DNA from: Anaerolineae bacterium
GTDB lineage: Bacteria; Chloroflexota; Anaerolineae; UBA1429
Direction: 5' to 3'
NCBI GenBank assembly: GCA_963675785.1
Contig: OY776562.1
Location: 1,248,001 to 1,312,000, forward strand
DNA: 64,000 nucleotides
Shown: one piece after another, positions 37,461-48,284 of the stretch
How the letters are laid out: every line of letters begins with the position of its first letter
How positions within the stretch are numbered: the first letter of the stretch is position 1
Translations under genes and position numbers: made by a program
The notes under the pieces: generated by a model
Told to the model about the DNA's origin: nothing
Seen by the model: the letters and a program-made list of their open reading frames with translations, nothing else
Databases searched by the model: none

Positions 37461-39062
37461 GTGCCCACCGAGAAAAGTCAACGCCCCAACATCATCGTCA
37501 TCCTGGTCGATGACATGGGTTTTTCCGATATCGGTTGCTGCGGCAGCGAGATCAACACGCCCAACCTCGATCGCCTGGGCGATGAGGGTGTTATCTTTTC
37601 GGGCATGTACAACTGTGCCCGCTGTTGTCCTACGCGCGCTTCGTTGCTCACCGGCCTCTACCCGCATACAGCCGGTGTGGGCCACATGGTCAATAACCTG
37701 GGCATCACCGAATATCAAGGCTATCTCAGCGATCGCTGTGTCACCATTGCCGAAGCCCTCAAGCTCGGCGGCTATCGTACGCTCATGTCGGGCAAGTGGC
37801 ACGTCGGCGGCTATTACTCCACCGATGCCTCCTCTTGGCGGCCTGGCGAGGTCGGTCATCCCATGCCCATTCAGCGCGGTTTCGATGAGCACTGGGGCAC
37901 GTTGAGCGGTGCAGGCAGTTACTTTTGGCCGCATACACTCATTCATGACGACACATTCATTGATCGCCCCGACGATGGCTTTTATTTGACCGACGCTATC
38001 TCGGAACACGCTTGTGAGATGATCGACCGTGCCGTCAACGATGAGCAGCCTTTCTTCCTCTACGCCGCCTATACTGCTCCCCATTGGCCGCTGCAAGCTT
38101 GGGAGGAAGATATTGAACGCTATCGTGGGAAATATGCCCAAGGCTGGGATGCCCTACGCACTTCCCGCCATGAAGAGATGAAGGGCAAAGGCATCGTCAA
38201 CGAAAAGTGGGAGATCACCCCTCGCGATGAGACTGTGCCGCCTTGGGAAGATATCCAAGAACAAACGTGGGAATCATTGCGTATGGCTGTCTACGCTGCT
38301 CAGGTCGATCGTCTAGACCAGGGCATTGGCCAACTGCTGGACAAGCTGGAAGAGCGTGGCATTGCCGATAACACCCTGGTCATGTTTCTCTCCGATAACG
38401 GCGGTTGTGCCGAGCTACTGCGTGAGGATGGGCCTCGCGGTTCCGTGCGAGGCGAAACTTTGGATGGTCACACAGTCAAGCTGGGCAACTATGTAGAGAA
38501 CACCCCCGGCGATGCGGATAGTTTCATGTCCTACGATACCCAGTGGGCTAACGCCTCCAACACGCCCTTTCGCCTCTACAAGCACTGGGTGCACGAAGGT
38601 GGTATCAGCACACCCCTATTGGTACGCTGGCCCGAACGCATCAAGGCGGGCCACATGGTCCACTCGCCAGCCCATGTCATCGACATCATGGCCACTTGTC
38701 TAGACGCCGCCGGTGTAGCTTATCCCGACGAGTACGATAATCGCGAGATTGCCCCACTGGAAGGCGAAAGCCTCATACCCGCTTGTACCCTCGATGGTTG
38801 GAAGCGCGCGCGCCCCATCTTTTGGGAGCATGAGGGTAACTGCGCCGTGCGCATGGAAAACTGGAAGTTGGTGAAAAAGTTCCCTGGCACCTGGGAATTG
38901 TATGATATGATCGAGGACCGTACCGAACTCAATGACCTGGCTAGCGCTAACCTGCCCCAAACACAACGCATGGTCGAGGCCTATGAACGCTATGCTGAGC
39001 GAACCAACGTGCTCCCCTGGGAGCGCGTACTGGATATTTATCGAGAGATGCGCAAAGGTTAA
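37461..39062 (+). CDS. Arylsulfatase (S1, Cys-type)
   Basis: RPNII.ILVDDMG, CCPTRASLLTG, GKWH, APHWP, SDNG; GTG start after GAGGAG. Confidence 0.95.
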   Translation: MPTEKSQRPNIIVILVDDMGFSDIGCCGSEINTPNLDRLGDEGVIFSGMYNCARCCPTRASLLTGLYPHTAGVGHMVNNLGITEYQGYLSDRCVTIAEALKLGGYRTLMSGKWHVGGYYSTDASSWRPGEVGHPMPIQRGFDEHWGTLSGAGSYFWPHTLIHDDTFIDRPDDGFYLTDAISEHACEMIDRAVNDEQPFFLYAAYTAPHWPLQAWEEDIERYRGKYAQGWDALRTSRHEEMKGKGIVNEKWEITPRDETVPPWEDIQEQTWESLRMAVYAAQVDRLDQGIGQLLDKLEERGIADNTLVMFLSDNGGCAELLREDGPRGSVRGETLDGHTVKLGNYVENTPGDADSFMSYDTQWANASNTPFRLYKHWVHEGGISTPLLVRWPERIKAGHMVHSPAHVIDIMATCLDAAGVAYPDEYDNREIAPLEGESLIPACTLDGWKRARPIFWEHEGNCAVRMENWKLVKKFPGTWELYDMIEDRTELNDLASANLPQTQRMVEAYERYAERTNVLPWERVLDIYREMRKG

Positions 39063-39077
39063 CAGGAGAGATCAAGC

Positions 39078-42000
39078 ATGACGCTTAATTCGGAATGGCG
39101 CGACCGCGTCGATGCCTGGACCAAAGAACTGCCCCACCATTTCTATCGGCCCATCCAGATGGTAGAATGGGAGGGTTTTACCACCACAGAGCAGCTTTCG
39201 CTAACAGAGGCCGCCTCACATAGGCGCAGCCCCATGCCGGAGGGTACTGCTTGGGGTGCAAAATGGGAATACGGTTGGTTCTTTAGCACCATCGCTTTGC
39301 CCATGGCAGCAGCCAGCGAGCGCATTGAACTCAACGTTGAGGTAGGACCCGAGTCCATCATTTATGTCGATGGTGTCTCCGTGGGTGCTCGCGACCGTGA
39401 GCACAGCACCATCACTCTCAGCTTTCAGGGTATACCCGGCACGACATATGAGATAGCTGCCGAGTGTTACGCGGGCCATGGTGTACGAATTTGCAGTGTT
39501 GGCCCCGTTCCCAACGATCGCGAGACCGTGCCCGAGCCCCCCGCTGAACAGGCCATCGTCGGGCATTCCACCATCGGCATCTGGGAAGAAGAGCTCTATC
39601 AGCTGTGGATGGATGTCATGACCCTCTACAACCTGCGTGATCAACTCGATCCCGAATCTCTGCGCGTCAACGATATCGACGCCGGCCTCAAAGATTTCAC
39701 CCTAATGGTTGAGCTAGAAGAGGGCTTGGACGAACTCAAGCGCACCGCCGCCGAAGCGCGTGTGCACTTGGTCCCCCTGCTCGAAGCCGTCAACGGCAGC
39801 ACCGCGCCGCTGCTCTATGTCTTTGGCCATGCCCATATCGATGTGGCTTGGCTGTGGCACTGGGCCGAGACCGAGCGCAAAGCCGTGCGCACCTTTTCAA
39901 CGCAGCTCACCCTGGCCGAAGAGTATCCTGAGTATAAATTCTTGCAAAGCCAGCCGCACCTCTATTGGATGGTCAAGAATCACTACCCCGAGCTTTACGG
40001 CCGAGTGAAGGACGCTGTAGAGACGGGGATGTTCATGGCCGAGGGCGGCATGTGGGTCGAGGCTGATACCAACATCAGCAGCGGAGAGGCCCTGATTCGC
40101 CAATTCCTCTATGGCAAGCGCTTTTTCAAAGAGGAGCTGGATACCGAGAGCGAACTGCTCTGGTTGCCCGACGTGTTTGGTTATTCTGGTGCCATGCCAC
40201 AAATCATGCGTGGCTGTGGCGTCAAGTATTTCTCCACGCAAAAGATCTTTTGGGCTTATCATGGAGGCCAGACCTTCCCCTACAATACTTTTGTGTGGGA
40301 GGGCATTGATGGCTCTGAGGTACTGGTGCACCTGCACAATGATTACAACTCGCGCACAGCCCCGGTCGATCTAGCGGATCGCTGGCGCGAGCGCGTGCAG
40401 AAGGATGGCATTCGCGCCCGCCTGGTGCCCTTTGGCTATGGCGACGGTGGCGGAGGTGCTACCCGCGAGCATCTGGAATACCTGCGCCGCGAAGCTGACT
40501 TGGAGGGCCTGCCCCGCACTCGCATGGCCAACCCCATCGAGTATTTCAAAGAGCTGGAAGCTGAACTGGGCGGCTGGCCCGATGAGCGTTATGTGGGCGA
40601 GCTCTACTTCCAGGCCCACCGCGGCACTTATACCTCACAGGCAGCCACCAAAAAGGGCAACCGCAAGAGTGAGCTAGCCCTTCGCGAGGCCGAGATATGG
40701 GGCACAGCGGCCCAGGTTCTTGCCAATAGTACCTTCAGTCAGGATACCATCGACGAAGCCTGGCGCATTGTGCTGCTCAACCAGTTTCACGACATCCTGC
40801 CCGGCTCCTCTATTCATCAGGTGTATGTAGAAGCGGAAGCCGAATACGACCGCGCCCTAGGGCTGGCCAACGATGTGACCCAAAATGCCATGGATGCCCT
40901 CACCGAGGATGGCGAAGGCCTGGTGGTGTTTAACTCAACCTCCTGGTCGCGCAATGCCATCGTGCACCTACCCGAAGGTTGGACTGGTGCACGTGAAGTT
41001 CAGGGTAACCTGGTGCCAGTGCAGGCCACAAAAGACGGCCTATATGCTTTTTGTCAGGTCCCAGCTTGCGGCTGGAATACCCTGCTTCCCGTAAAAGAGG
41101 GTTGCCCCGCCGATAAAACCTGCATGGCCACTACCAGCACACTGGAAAACGATCTGCTCCGTCTCGAGTTCGACGAGTACGGTCAGATCATTTCCATCTA
41201 TGATAAAGAGCTAGAGAGCGACTGGGCCGCCGGCGAGTGCAACGCTTTCCGCATGTACAAGGACGTCCCCACCAAGTTCGATGCCTGGGACATTGACAGC
41301 ATGTACGTCGATACCCCTGTGGAGCTGGATGGCTTGGCCGAGTTCGAGGTCATCGAATCCGGCGGCATTCGCGCGGTGCTGCGCATCACCCGCAAACTGC
41401 ACAATTCACTGATGAGCCAGGACGTGGTTATCACGCGGGGCAGTCGTCGTGTCGATTTTCAGACGCGCATCGACTGGCAAGAGCGCCATCGCCTGCTCAA
41501 GGTGAATTTCCCCGTTAGCGTTCACAGCAACGAGGCATTGCACCAGATTCAGTTCGGTTATCTGGCGCGACCCAGTCACAAGAGCAACCCCTTTGATGGC
41601 GATCGCTTTGAGGTTTGCAACCATCATTGGACGGCCCTGGTTGAAGCCAATCGCGGTGCGGCGGTGCTCAACGATTGCAAGTATGGCGTCAACGTGTTGG
41701 ATAATTCCATCAATCTGACCCTGCTCAAGGCCGCCATCGCTCCCGATATGACCGCCGACCTGGGCGAGCAGACCTTTACCTATGCTTTCTATGCCTGGCC
41801 CGGCAGTTTCTATGAAAGTGGACTGGTAGCCGAGGGATACAAACTCAACGTACCTGTGCGCACCATGCCCGGCCAGGCCGCTGAAGGGGCCTTGTTTGAT
41901 ACCGGCGCCTGCAACATCGTGGTCGAGGCCGTCAAGTTAGCCGCCGACGGCTCGGGCGACGTCATCGTGCGCCTGTACGAAGCTCTGCGCAACGCCACCA

Positions 42001-42149
42001 GCACCACCCTCACCACCTCATTGCCGGTAGCCCGCGCCTATGACGCCGACATGCTGGAGAACGTCCAGGGCGAGTTCACCGTCGATGGCGGCACCATCGC
42101 CCTCGATTTCAAACCCTTTGAGATCAAGACGCTGCGGCTCTCTTTCTAG
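39078..42149 (+). CDS. Alpha-mannosidase (GH38)
   Basis: GHAHIDVAWLW, WLPDVFG, GYGDGGGG, GELY..AHRGTYTSQ, NQFHDILPGSSI. Confidence 0.96.
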   Translation: MTLNSEWRDRVDAWTKELPHHFYRPIQMVEWEGFTTTEQLSLTEAASHRRSPMPEGTAWGAKWEYGWFFSTIALPMAAASERIELNVEVGPESIIYVDGVSVGARDREHSTITLSFQGIPGTTYEIAAECYAGHGVRICSVGPVPNDRETVPEPPAEQAIVGHSTIGIWEEELYQLWMDVMTLYNLRDQLDPESLRVNDIDAGLKDFTLMVELEEGLDELKRTAAEARVHLVPLLEAVNGSTAPLLYVFGHAHIDVAWLWHWAETERKAVRTFSTQLTLAEEYPEYKFLQSQPHLYWMVKNHYPELYGRVKDAVETGMFMAEGGMWVEADTNISSGEALIRQFLYGKRFFKEELDTESELLWLPDVFGYSGAMPQIMRGCGVKYFSTQKIFWAYHGGQTFPYNTFVWEGIDGSEVLVHLHNDYNSRTAPVDLADRWRERVQKDGIRARLVPFGYGDGGGGATREHLEYLRREADLEGLPRTRMANPIEYFKELEAELGGWPDERYVGELYFQAHRGTYTSQAATKKGNRKSELALREAEIWGTAAQVLANSTFSQDTIDEAWRIVLLNQFHDILPGSSIHQVYVEAEAEYDRALGLANDVTQNAMDALTEDGEGLVVFNSTSWSRNAIVHLPEGWTGAREVQGNLVPVQATKDGLYAFCQVPACGWNTLLPVKEGCPADKTCMATTSTLENDLLRLEFDEYGQIISIYDKELESDWAAGECNAFRMYKDVPTKFDAWDIDSMYVDTPVELDGLAEFEVIESGGIRAVLRITRKLHNSLMSQDVVITRGSRRVDFQTRIDWQERHRLLKVNFPVSVHSNEALHQIQFGYLARPSHKSNPFDGDRFEVCNHHWTALVEANRGAAVLNDCKYGVNVLDNSINLTLLKAAIAPDMTADLGEQTFTYAFYAWPGSFYESGLVAEGYKLNVPVRTMPGQAAEGALFDTGACNIVVEAVKLAADGSGDVIVRLYEALRNATSTTLTTSLPVARAYDADMLENVQGEFTVDGGTIALDFKPFEIKTLRLSF

Positions 42150-42170
42150 AACGCATTGCAGCACAACGAA

Positions 42171-42198
42171 CGGGGGTCTCTCGTCTGAGGGGCCCCCG
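42171..42198 (+). other. Intergenic stem-loop (weak terminator or stabiliser)
   Basis: CGGGGGTCTCTC-GTCT-GAGGGGCCCCCG. Confidence 0.5.
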
Positions 42199-42217
42199 CT
42201 TTGGAAAGGAGTCCCCC

Positions 42218-43129
42218 ATGGTCACGGTCAAACGGTTGCCTGGTAACCCCATCATTACCCCCACGCTCGATGCGCGCATCGGCACCAACATCAACGGTCC
42301 TTCGCTCATCCGCGTGCCCGACTGGTTGCCCAACCCTCTGGGCAAGTATTACCTCTACTTTGGGCATCATCAGGGGCAATTCATTCGCCTGGCCTATGCT
42401 GACGCGCTCAGTGGGCCCTGGACCGTCTATGCGCCCGGTGTGCTAAACCTGACAGATACACCCATGCAGAGCCATATCGCCTCGCCGGATGTACACGTGG
42501 ATAACGAGGCCAAGCAAATTCGCCTCTACTATCACGGCGTTACGCCACAAATCTATACGGGGCGCTTTGAAGGGCAGAGCCAGGGTGTGGACTTTCGCCA
42601 GCGTACGGCCGTGGCTCTCTCCCAGGATGGCCTGCATTTCGAGGGTTTGCCCGACATCTTTGCTACCAGTTACTTACGCGCCTGGCGCTGGCAAGACATG
42701 TGGTACGCCCTGAGTATGCCCGGCCTGTTCTTTCGTTCTGCCGACGGTTTGACCAACTGGGAAGAGGGTCCTGTGCTTTTCGATCGTGACATGCGCCACG
42801 CCGCCCTGCAGCGCGATGGATGCATCCTTTCCGTCTATTATTCACAGGTGGGCGATACGCCGGAGCATATCATCATGCGTCGCATTGAACTGAGTGACGA
42901 TTGGCTGGCATGGCAAGAGGGGCCCCGCGAGGACGTGCTGCTGCCCAAAGAACCCTGGGAAGGTGCCGATCTGCCTCTGGAACCCAGCGTGCGTGGCTGG
43001 GCGTCACAGCGTGTCAATCAATTGCGCGACCCCGCCATCTATCGCGAGGATAACAAGTTTTATCTGATCTACTCGGTTGCTGGCGAAGCGGCGTTGGCGA
43101 TTGGGGAGATCAAAACCGGCATTGTCTAA
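42218..43129 (+). CDS. Five-bladed beta-propeller glycosidase-like protein (GH43/130 superfamily)
   Basis: NPII, NINGPS, YYLYF, GPW, HIASPDV, LRDP.I, Y...GE. Confidence 0.7.
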   Translation: MVTVKRLPGNPIITPTLDARIGTNINGPSLIRVPDWLPNPLGKYYLYFGHHQGQFIRLAYADALSGPWTVYAPGVLNLTDTPMQSHIASPDVHVDNEAKQIRLYYHGVTPQIYTGRFEGQSQGVDFRQRTAVALSQDGLHFEGLPDIFATSYLRAWRWQDMWYALSMPGLFFRSADGLTNWEEGPVLFDRDMRHAALQRDGCILSVYYSQVGDTPEHIIMRRIELSDDWLAWQEGPREDVLLPKEPWEGADLPLEPSVRGWASQRVNQLRDPAIYREDNKFYLIYSVAGEAALAIGEIKTGIV

Positions 43130-43164
43130 AAGAGAAACCGTAGAGCCTAACAGACTCTACGGTT
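43128..43164 (-). terminator. Terminator between convergent genes
   Basis: AACCGTAGAG...CTCTACGGTT with U-rich tail on the minus strand. Confidence 0.65.
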
Positions 43165-43185
43165 CGGTATAGTAAATAGAACTTG

Positions 43186-43536
43186 CTAATCCTCGGAACG
43201 GGGGGATACATTATCCTCCATAGAAACCTCTGAAATGTCATCAACCCTCGGCTGTTGAACGTCCTTTATATAATCCAGCACATACAGACCAAAAGACATA
43301 AAACCGGAAAACACTGCGATGATGAAACACATCCTGGCCCGGACACACACAGTTTCACTGTTACAGAAACTCCAATTGACATTCAGCGTATTGGCAATAG
43401 TCCCGATGAGGGGTTCACGTGCAAATGTGCTATGGCAACCAAAGGCCAAGAATAGTACAGTTATCACCATGAACCCTAGAGCCCAGTGCCGCAAAGGCGT
43501 TTTGCTATTCTCTGGTCTGTTGTTTTCTCGATGCAC
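43186..43536 (-). CDS. Small hypothetical membrane protein
   Basis: Two hydrophobic segments; bounded by terminators; AT-richer than neighbours. Confidence 0.5.
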   Translation of the reverse strand: MHRENNRPENSKTPLRHWALGFMVITVLFLAFGCHSTFAREPLIGTIANTLNVNWSFCNSETVCVRARMCFIIAVFSGFMSFGLYVLDYIKDVQQPRVDDISEVSMEDNVSPRSED

Positions 43537-43631
43537 AGCTTTAACGCCTATACTTTTCTCTCAAATTTGCCAACCATCCGATTGTATATCAGTTGATTTC
43601 ATTATGCAACGAAATAAAGAGTTTTCAATAT

Positions 43632-43669
43632 AAAAAAGCCGTCAGAGTTTTGGCTTCTGACGGCTTTTT
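43632..43669 (-). terminator. Rho-independent terminator of the minus-strand CAZyme operon
   Basis: AAAAAAGCCGTCAGA...TCTGACGGCTTTTT. Confidence 0.85.
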
Positions 43670-43680
43670 CCATCACGGGA

Positions 43681-46581
43681 CTAGCGCAGTGCTTGACGCA
43701 TCATATTGAAAACCATCTGCTGAGCCACGGGATCCACACGTCGGCCATAGAGCCCGGGCTCCTCGTAGCCTGATGCTAGGCGATGGTCGGTTAACGCCTG
43801 TGAGAGAACCAGCCGCCCATGCCCCTCGCCCAACTCTATAGCGATGATGGGGGTGCGTGCTAAATCGCGACCGCAGGCGGCCAAGGGCGTGATGCTCTCG
43901 GCGGCCCCATAGCGGCTCTCGCGGTACAGCACACCCAGATCATGCAATACAACGGGCCCGTTGGGGTCAATACTGGCTTCCAACGCGGGGGCATCCTCCA
44001 CCAAAAAACGCACGCGCTGGCGCAGTTCGGCCTGGACTTGCTCAGAAGGCTCTTTAGCAAAGGCATACTGCCCAGCCAACTCGTAAGCTACACAATGCCC
44101 GGCACGAATGGCCTGTGCATCGGCGCCCTGGCTCTCCCAAAAGGCCAGGAAAGCCTCTTGTTTGAGGCTGCCCGGTTTCATACTGGCCGCCGGCGTGGTC
44201 AGGCCTCCCTTGAGGCCGTTCCACAAGCAGCCTGACTGACTATCCAAATTGAACCAAAGCGAGGCATTGGCCGCATCTGGGTGCAGACAACTCTCGGGCT
44301 CGGCTAATTCTTCAAAGGTGAGTGCCAGACCCAGCACGCTGGCCTGTTCGCTACGCGGCTCGGGCACACGCGGCGCCCCGTCCACTGAACCCATGTAGGG
44401 ATCCTCGGCATAGCCCTCACCCAAGAAGTGCGGTCCCACGTTGAGTAGCACTGCAGGTATGCCGGCCTCGACAGCCTGACGCAAGGCAGCATTCAAATCG
44501 CTGCTGTCATTTATCTCTGACCAGAGGGCGCCGCTTACCAGCACGACATCGGCATGAGGGCCAATAGCTGTGGTTTGCAGCCCCATAGCCTGGCAAAAGG
44601 CACTCGTCTCGGCATCACGCGCAGCCACGCCGACAGTAATGCCCTCCAACTCGGGCGGCAGCAGCGGCACCAGCGTGCGCACGCGCCACTGCGATACCAC
44701 CGGATGCACCACGCCCGGCTGAGACGTCAGCAGTTCAGCCTGCAGGCGCCAATCGCCTTCCACATCAGGAAGGGTCAAGGTAACGATTTCGCTCTCCAGG
44801 CCAAAAGCTGCCACTTTGCGGCTCACTCGTAGCGTGGCAAGCGGCTCCAAGTCCAATTCACGCACCACACGCACCTCAGCCACCAACGCAGTTGCCTCAG
44901 CCGTATCATTGAACCAGTACAGCGGCAGCTCTACATGCTGCCCGGGGCTGTAATTGCGATCCCACACTTCCAAACTGACACTCCGTGGTGCCCATGCCGC
45001 GGTCAAGGCGTCCCACACCGGCTTGGGGTTACCATCAAGCAGTGGCCCCATAAAATGGTGATAGCCGTCCTCAGGCGAGCCCAGTGCGCAAAAAGGACTG
45101 AACCCCGCCGCACCCAGGCGCCGCCAGTACTCGGCCACCTGAGAATTGCTCTCGGTGTTGAGCTGCAAGCGCTGTGACGGTGTATGATTCGGCCCTAAAA
45201 AGCGCAGCAGTGAACCGGCCATGGTGGGATAGCTGCTGGATTGCAGTTCGCCTCCTAAATAGTTGCCACCGAACTCGTCTACCATAATGGGCCGCCCAAA
45301 GGGCTCGATGGATTCATAGTAGAGCCCCAGATTTTCAAAAAGACTCCACCAATACTTGTGCACGTGGGTCACATCGCGGTGGGCAATCACCAGCGGCGGG
45401 TACTCGAGCGTCAGCTCTTCCAGTGCGCCAAAGGCTTTACGTACCTCGTCGCCAGCGCTCTCGTTCCAAGGGTGATGGAGCATCACACTGGGATGGCGCA
45501 TGGCCAAGTCGAACCAATCGCGCCACTGGGCTATCAGGCTCTCTTTAGATGCCTTGATGCCGTGGAAAAAGCTCCACTCCAACTGCACCATCAGCCCTGC
45601 GCGGTCGCACAAGTCCAACAGGGCCTCAGGTGGCGTGCCCAAGTGAAAGCGCAGCGTGTTGGCCCCGTGTTCTTTGAGCCGCTGCACGATGTTACGCTCG
45701 AACCAATCACTATCAAAAGCCAGTTCGCGCACCTCGGGGTCGCGACACCAGCGATGCCACACCACCGTATCCGCCCGCAAGTGCACCGGCTGGCCATTGA
45801 GCACAAACCCCAGACCCTCGATGCCAAAGTGTTTTTTACCCCAAGCGCAGCTGCGTTGATCTACTACTTGGCCTTGCAGCAGCGAGACTCGCACGGTATA
45901 GACATTGGGTGTATCCGGCGTCCAGGGGGTGCAGGCCCCGCGCAAAGACACATGCGCCTCACACTCTCCCACCTCAGCCGCCATTTCAACAGAAGCAACG
46001 CACTGGCCAGCATCGTCCAATACTTGGACGCGCAGGGTATCCGGAATGATGCCCCCAGCGTTATCCACACCCACCTTGACCACCAACGCGTCGTTGTCCC
46101 AGTCGGTCCAGGGCACCAAGCGGGTGATGCGCGCCCCACCATGCAGATGGAGGCGCACCGTATCCCACAGGCAGGCCGAGACGTTACTGCGCCACCAATC
46201 AGCCTCAGGAATGCGCGAAGCATCCTCCTCTGGCACGCGATCCAATGGTTGCAGGGCGATCTCCAGGGTAATGGTCTCACCGGGGCGTACCGCCGAATGC
46301 CACAGCAGGTGCTGTGTGGGGGCCATACCGCCCACTGTCTCGGAAACCAGATCACCATTGACATAGACACTCGGGCAGAAACGCGCGCCGTTGAGCACCA
46401 GCGTGGCCATGGTCCAATCACCAGCGGGAAGTATCACCTCTCGCCGATACCAGACCATGCCAGCGTCGATTTCTCGCGGATCGCCCATCAAACCGGGCAC
46501 AGGCACAGTCAGGCTGTACTCGCGATCGAGTCCGGCCCGCCAGTATCCGTCCAGCACGATTTCCTTGGTGCGATCGCTCAT
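43681..46581 (-). CDS. GH2-like glycoside hydrolase with C-terminal extension
   Basis: WYRREV, V.VNG, PWTPDTPNVY, F.LNGQP, GANTLRFH, LCDRAGLMV, HPS..HHPWNES, VDEFGG. Confidence 0.8.
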   Translation of the reverse strand: MSDRTKEIVLDGYWRAGLDREYSLTVPVPGLMGDPREIDAGMVWYRREVILPAGDWTMATLVLNGARFCPSVYVNGDLVSETVGGMAPTQHLLWHSAVRPGETITLEIALQPLDRVPEEDASRIPEADWWRSNVSACLWDTVRLHLHGGARITRLVPWTDWDNDALVVKVGVDNAGGIIPDTLRVQVLDDAGQCVASVEMAAEVGECEAHVSLRGACTPWTPDTPNVYTVRVSLLQGQVVDQRSCAWGKKHFGIEGLGFVLNGQPVHLRADTVVWHRWCRDPEVRELAFDSDWFERNIVQRLKEHGANTLRFHLGTPPEALLDLCDRAGLMVQLEWSFFHGIKASKESLIAQWRDWFDLAMRHPSVMLHHPWNESAGDEVRKAFGALEELTLEYPPLVIAHRDVTHVHKYWWSLFENLGLYYESIEPFGRPIMVDEFGGNYLGGELQSSSYPTMAGSLLRFLGPNHTPSQRLQLNTESNSQVAEYWRRLGAAGFSPFCALGSPEDGYHHFMGPLLDGNPKPVWDALTAAWAPRSVSLEVWDRNYSPGQHVELPLYWFNDTAEATALVAEVRVVRELDLEPLATLRVSRKVAAFGLESEIVTLTLPDVEGDWRLQAELLTSQPGVVHPVVSQWRVRTLVPLLPPELEGITVGVAARDAETSAFCQAMGLQTTAIGPHADVVLVSGALWSEINDSSDLNAALRQAVEAGIPAVLLNVGPHFLGEGYAEDPYMGSVDGAPRVPEPRSEQASVLGLALTFEELAEPESCLHPDAANASLWFNLDSQSGCLWNGLKGGLTTPAASMKPGSLKQEAFLAFWESQGADAQAIRAGHCVAYELAGQYAFAKEPSEQVQAELRQRVRFLVEDAPALEASIDPNGPVVLHDLGVLYRESRYGAAESITPLAACGRDLARTPIIAIELGEGHGRLVLSQALTDHRLASGYEEPGLYGRRVDPVAQQMVFNMMRQALR

Positions 46582-48281
46582 GCCTTCTTATCCTGTTCAG
46601 CCAGGCGGTGGAACAAATCCCGAACGATATAGTAGGCCATCTTGGGGCGGCGGAACTCGTCCACCACGCCCTTGTTGTTGAGGGTGCGCGGCCGTGTTAT
46701 CGCACGGTCGGGGTTGCTGAGAATGTCACAATACTGCCAGATGTAACAACCGCGGACGTTCTTGTTCTGGCGCATCTGCATGATCTGCCGACTGAGCTGT
46801 TGCGACTGGTGTTCTTCGCTCCACTTGCGGCGAGCCATGCTGTGATAGCCACTCAAGCCGCCAGCGCCAAACTCGGTGATGAGCATGGGTTTGTCCGGGT
46901 AGAGTTCGGCCATCTTGTTGAGGTAACCGGGAAAGTCCTCGCCTTCGATGTCTTCCACGTACCAGCCGATGTACTCGTTGAGACAGATAATGTCGCACAA
47001 ATCCAGGTAGCGATCGTTCCAGTAGCGCATGGTCACGTGGGTTACGAGGCGAGAATCATCCAACGAACGGGCCAGCGCATAGAGCTCTTCAGTGCCTTTG
47101 CGCACATCCAATCCATCCTCGTTTTCCCAATGGGTCTCGCTCTCGTTATGTAGACTCCACACATAGATACTGGGGTGGTTATAATACTGGTAGACCATCT
47201 CCTGCAGCATGTTCTTGAGCAGTGAAAGCGTCGGTTCTTGCGAGAGCATACGCGCCGTGTACTGCCAGCCTGGGATCTCGGAGAAGAACAGGATGCCCTC
47301 TTCGTCGCACAGGTCCAAAAAAGCCTGGCTGTTGGGATAATGGCTACCGCGAATGGTATTGCAGCCCAATTGCTTGATGATGTCCATATCGCGCTTCATC
47401 AGCTTGACCGGCAGGGCAAAGCCCCAGTCGGGGTGATCCTCATGGCGGTTGACGCCGCGCAACCACAACGACTGGCCGTTGAGGGTGATGGTGGCGCCAT
47501 CCGTGGCGATATCGCGGAAGCCAAAGCGCTCCTGATAGCCATCATCGTCCAACAGACATACGGCCGTATAAAGGTTGGGTTCTTCCAATGACCACAGTCG
47601 TGGCGAATCCAACTTGGCCTCAAAGACCTTGCTGCCCGCCTTGCCTGCACCCACAGTCAGTTCTTCATCGATCAGTTCTTCTTCATCGACGAAAATGCCC
47701 AATGGGACTGTCGCCTTTTCATCGCTGATGTTGCGATAGTACACAGTAAAGCTAAGCGTGCCATCCGCCCGTGCCTTGACATGCAGGTTCTCAATGAACA
47801 CACCGGGCAGTTTTTCGGCGAATATGCTGCGAGTAATGCCCCCATAGGGATACCAATCCACTACGGTCTTAGGCAAGGTTTCTTCAGCATGGCGGTTATC
47901 GGCACGCACCACCAGTACGTTCTCGCCTTCTTCAAGATAGGCACCAAACTGGAAGGCAGTAAAGTCTCCTTCATGCCCGCCCAACTCGACGCCATTCAGC
48001 CACACACGCGAACGATAAGCCACAGCGCCAAAAGTGAGCAGGTACATGCCTTCTTCATCCACCTCGAACGTGCGATGATACCAGCCCACGCCCTGATAGT
48101 CTTCCAGCCCAAGCTCAGTCTCCCACACGCCAGGAACCCACATGCGGCGTCCCTGGGCCACGGGGAAATCTTGACCCCAGCCAGCAGCCTCACCAGTTTC
48201 CTGAGTATCTGTTACAAAATGCCACCAGCCGTCCAGTTCGATCTTGTCTCGACCGGGTGTGCGATCATACAATCCTAGCAT
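46578..48281 (-). CDS. GH2 beta-glucuronidase/beta-galactosidase
   Basis: GVNRHED, RGSHYP, NHPSI..WS..NE, N.YIGWY, ITEFGA, NNKG. Confidence 0.93.
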   Translation of the reverse strand: MLGLYDRTPGRDKIELDGWWHFVTDTQETGEAAGWGQDFPVAQGRRMWVPGVWETELGLEDYQGVGWYHRTFEVDEEGMYLLTFGAVAYRSRVWLNGVELGGHEGDFTAFQFGAYLEEGENVLVVRADNRHAEETLPKTVVDWYPYGGITRSIFAEKLPGVFIENLHVKARADGTLSFTVYYRNISDEKATVPLGIFVDEEELIDEELTVGAGKAGSKVFEAKLDSPRLWSLEEPNLYTAVCLLDDDGYQERFGFRDIATDGATITLNGQSLWLRGVNRHEDHPDWGFALPVKLMKRDMDIIKQLGCNTIRGSHYPNSQAFLDLCDEEGILFFSEIPGWQYTARMLSQEPTLSLLKNMLQEMVYQYYNHPSIYVWSLHNESETHWENEDGLDVRKGTEELYALARSLDDSRLVTHVTMRYWNDRYLDLCDIICLNEYIGWYVEDIEGEDFPGYLNKMAELYPDKPMLITEFGAGGLSGYHSMARRKWSEEHQSQQLSRQIMQMRQNKNVRGCYIWQYCDILSNPDRAITRPRTLNNKGVVDEFRRPKMAYYIVRDLFHRLAEQDKKA

Positions 48282-48284
48282 TGT

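Noticed and set aside
45358-46632. 424-aa plus-strand ORF and similar long antisense ORFs in the CAZyme cluster
   Set aside because: Codon-bias shadows of well-supported minus-strand genes.
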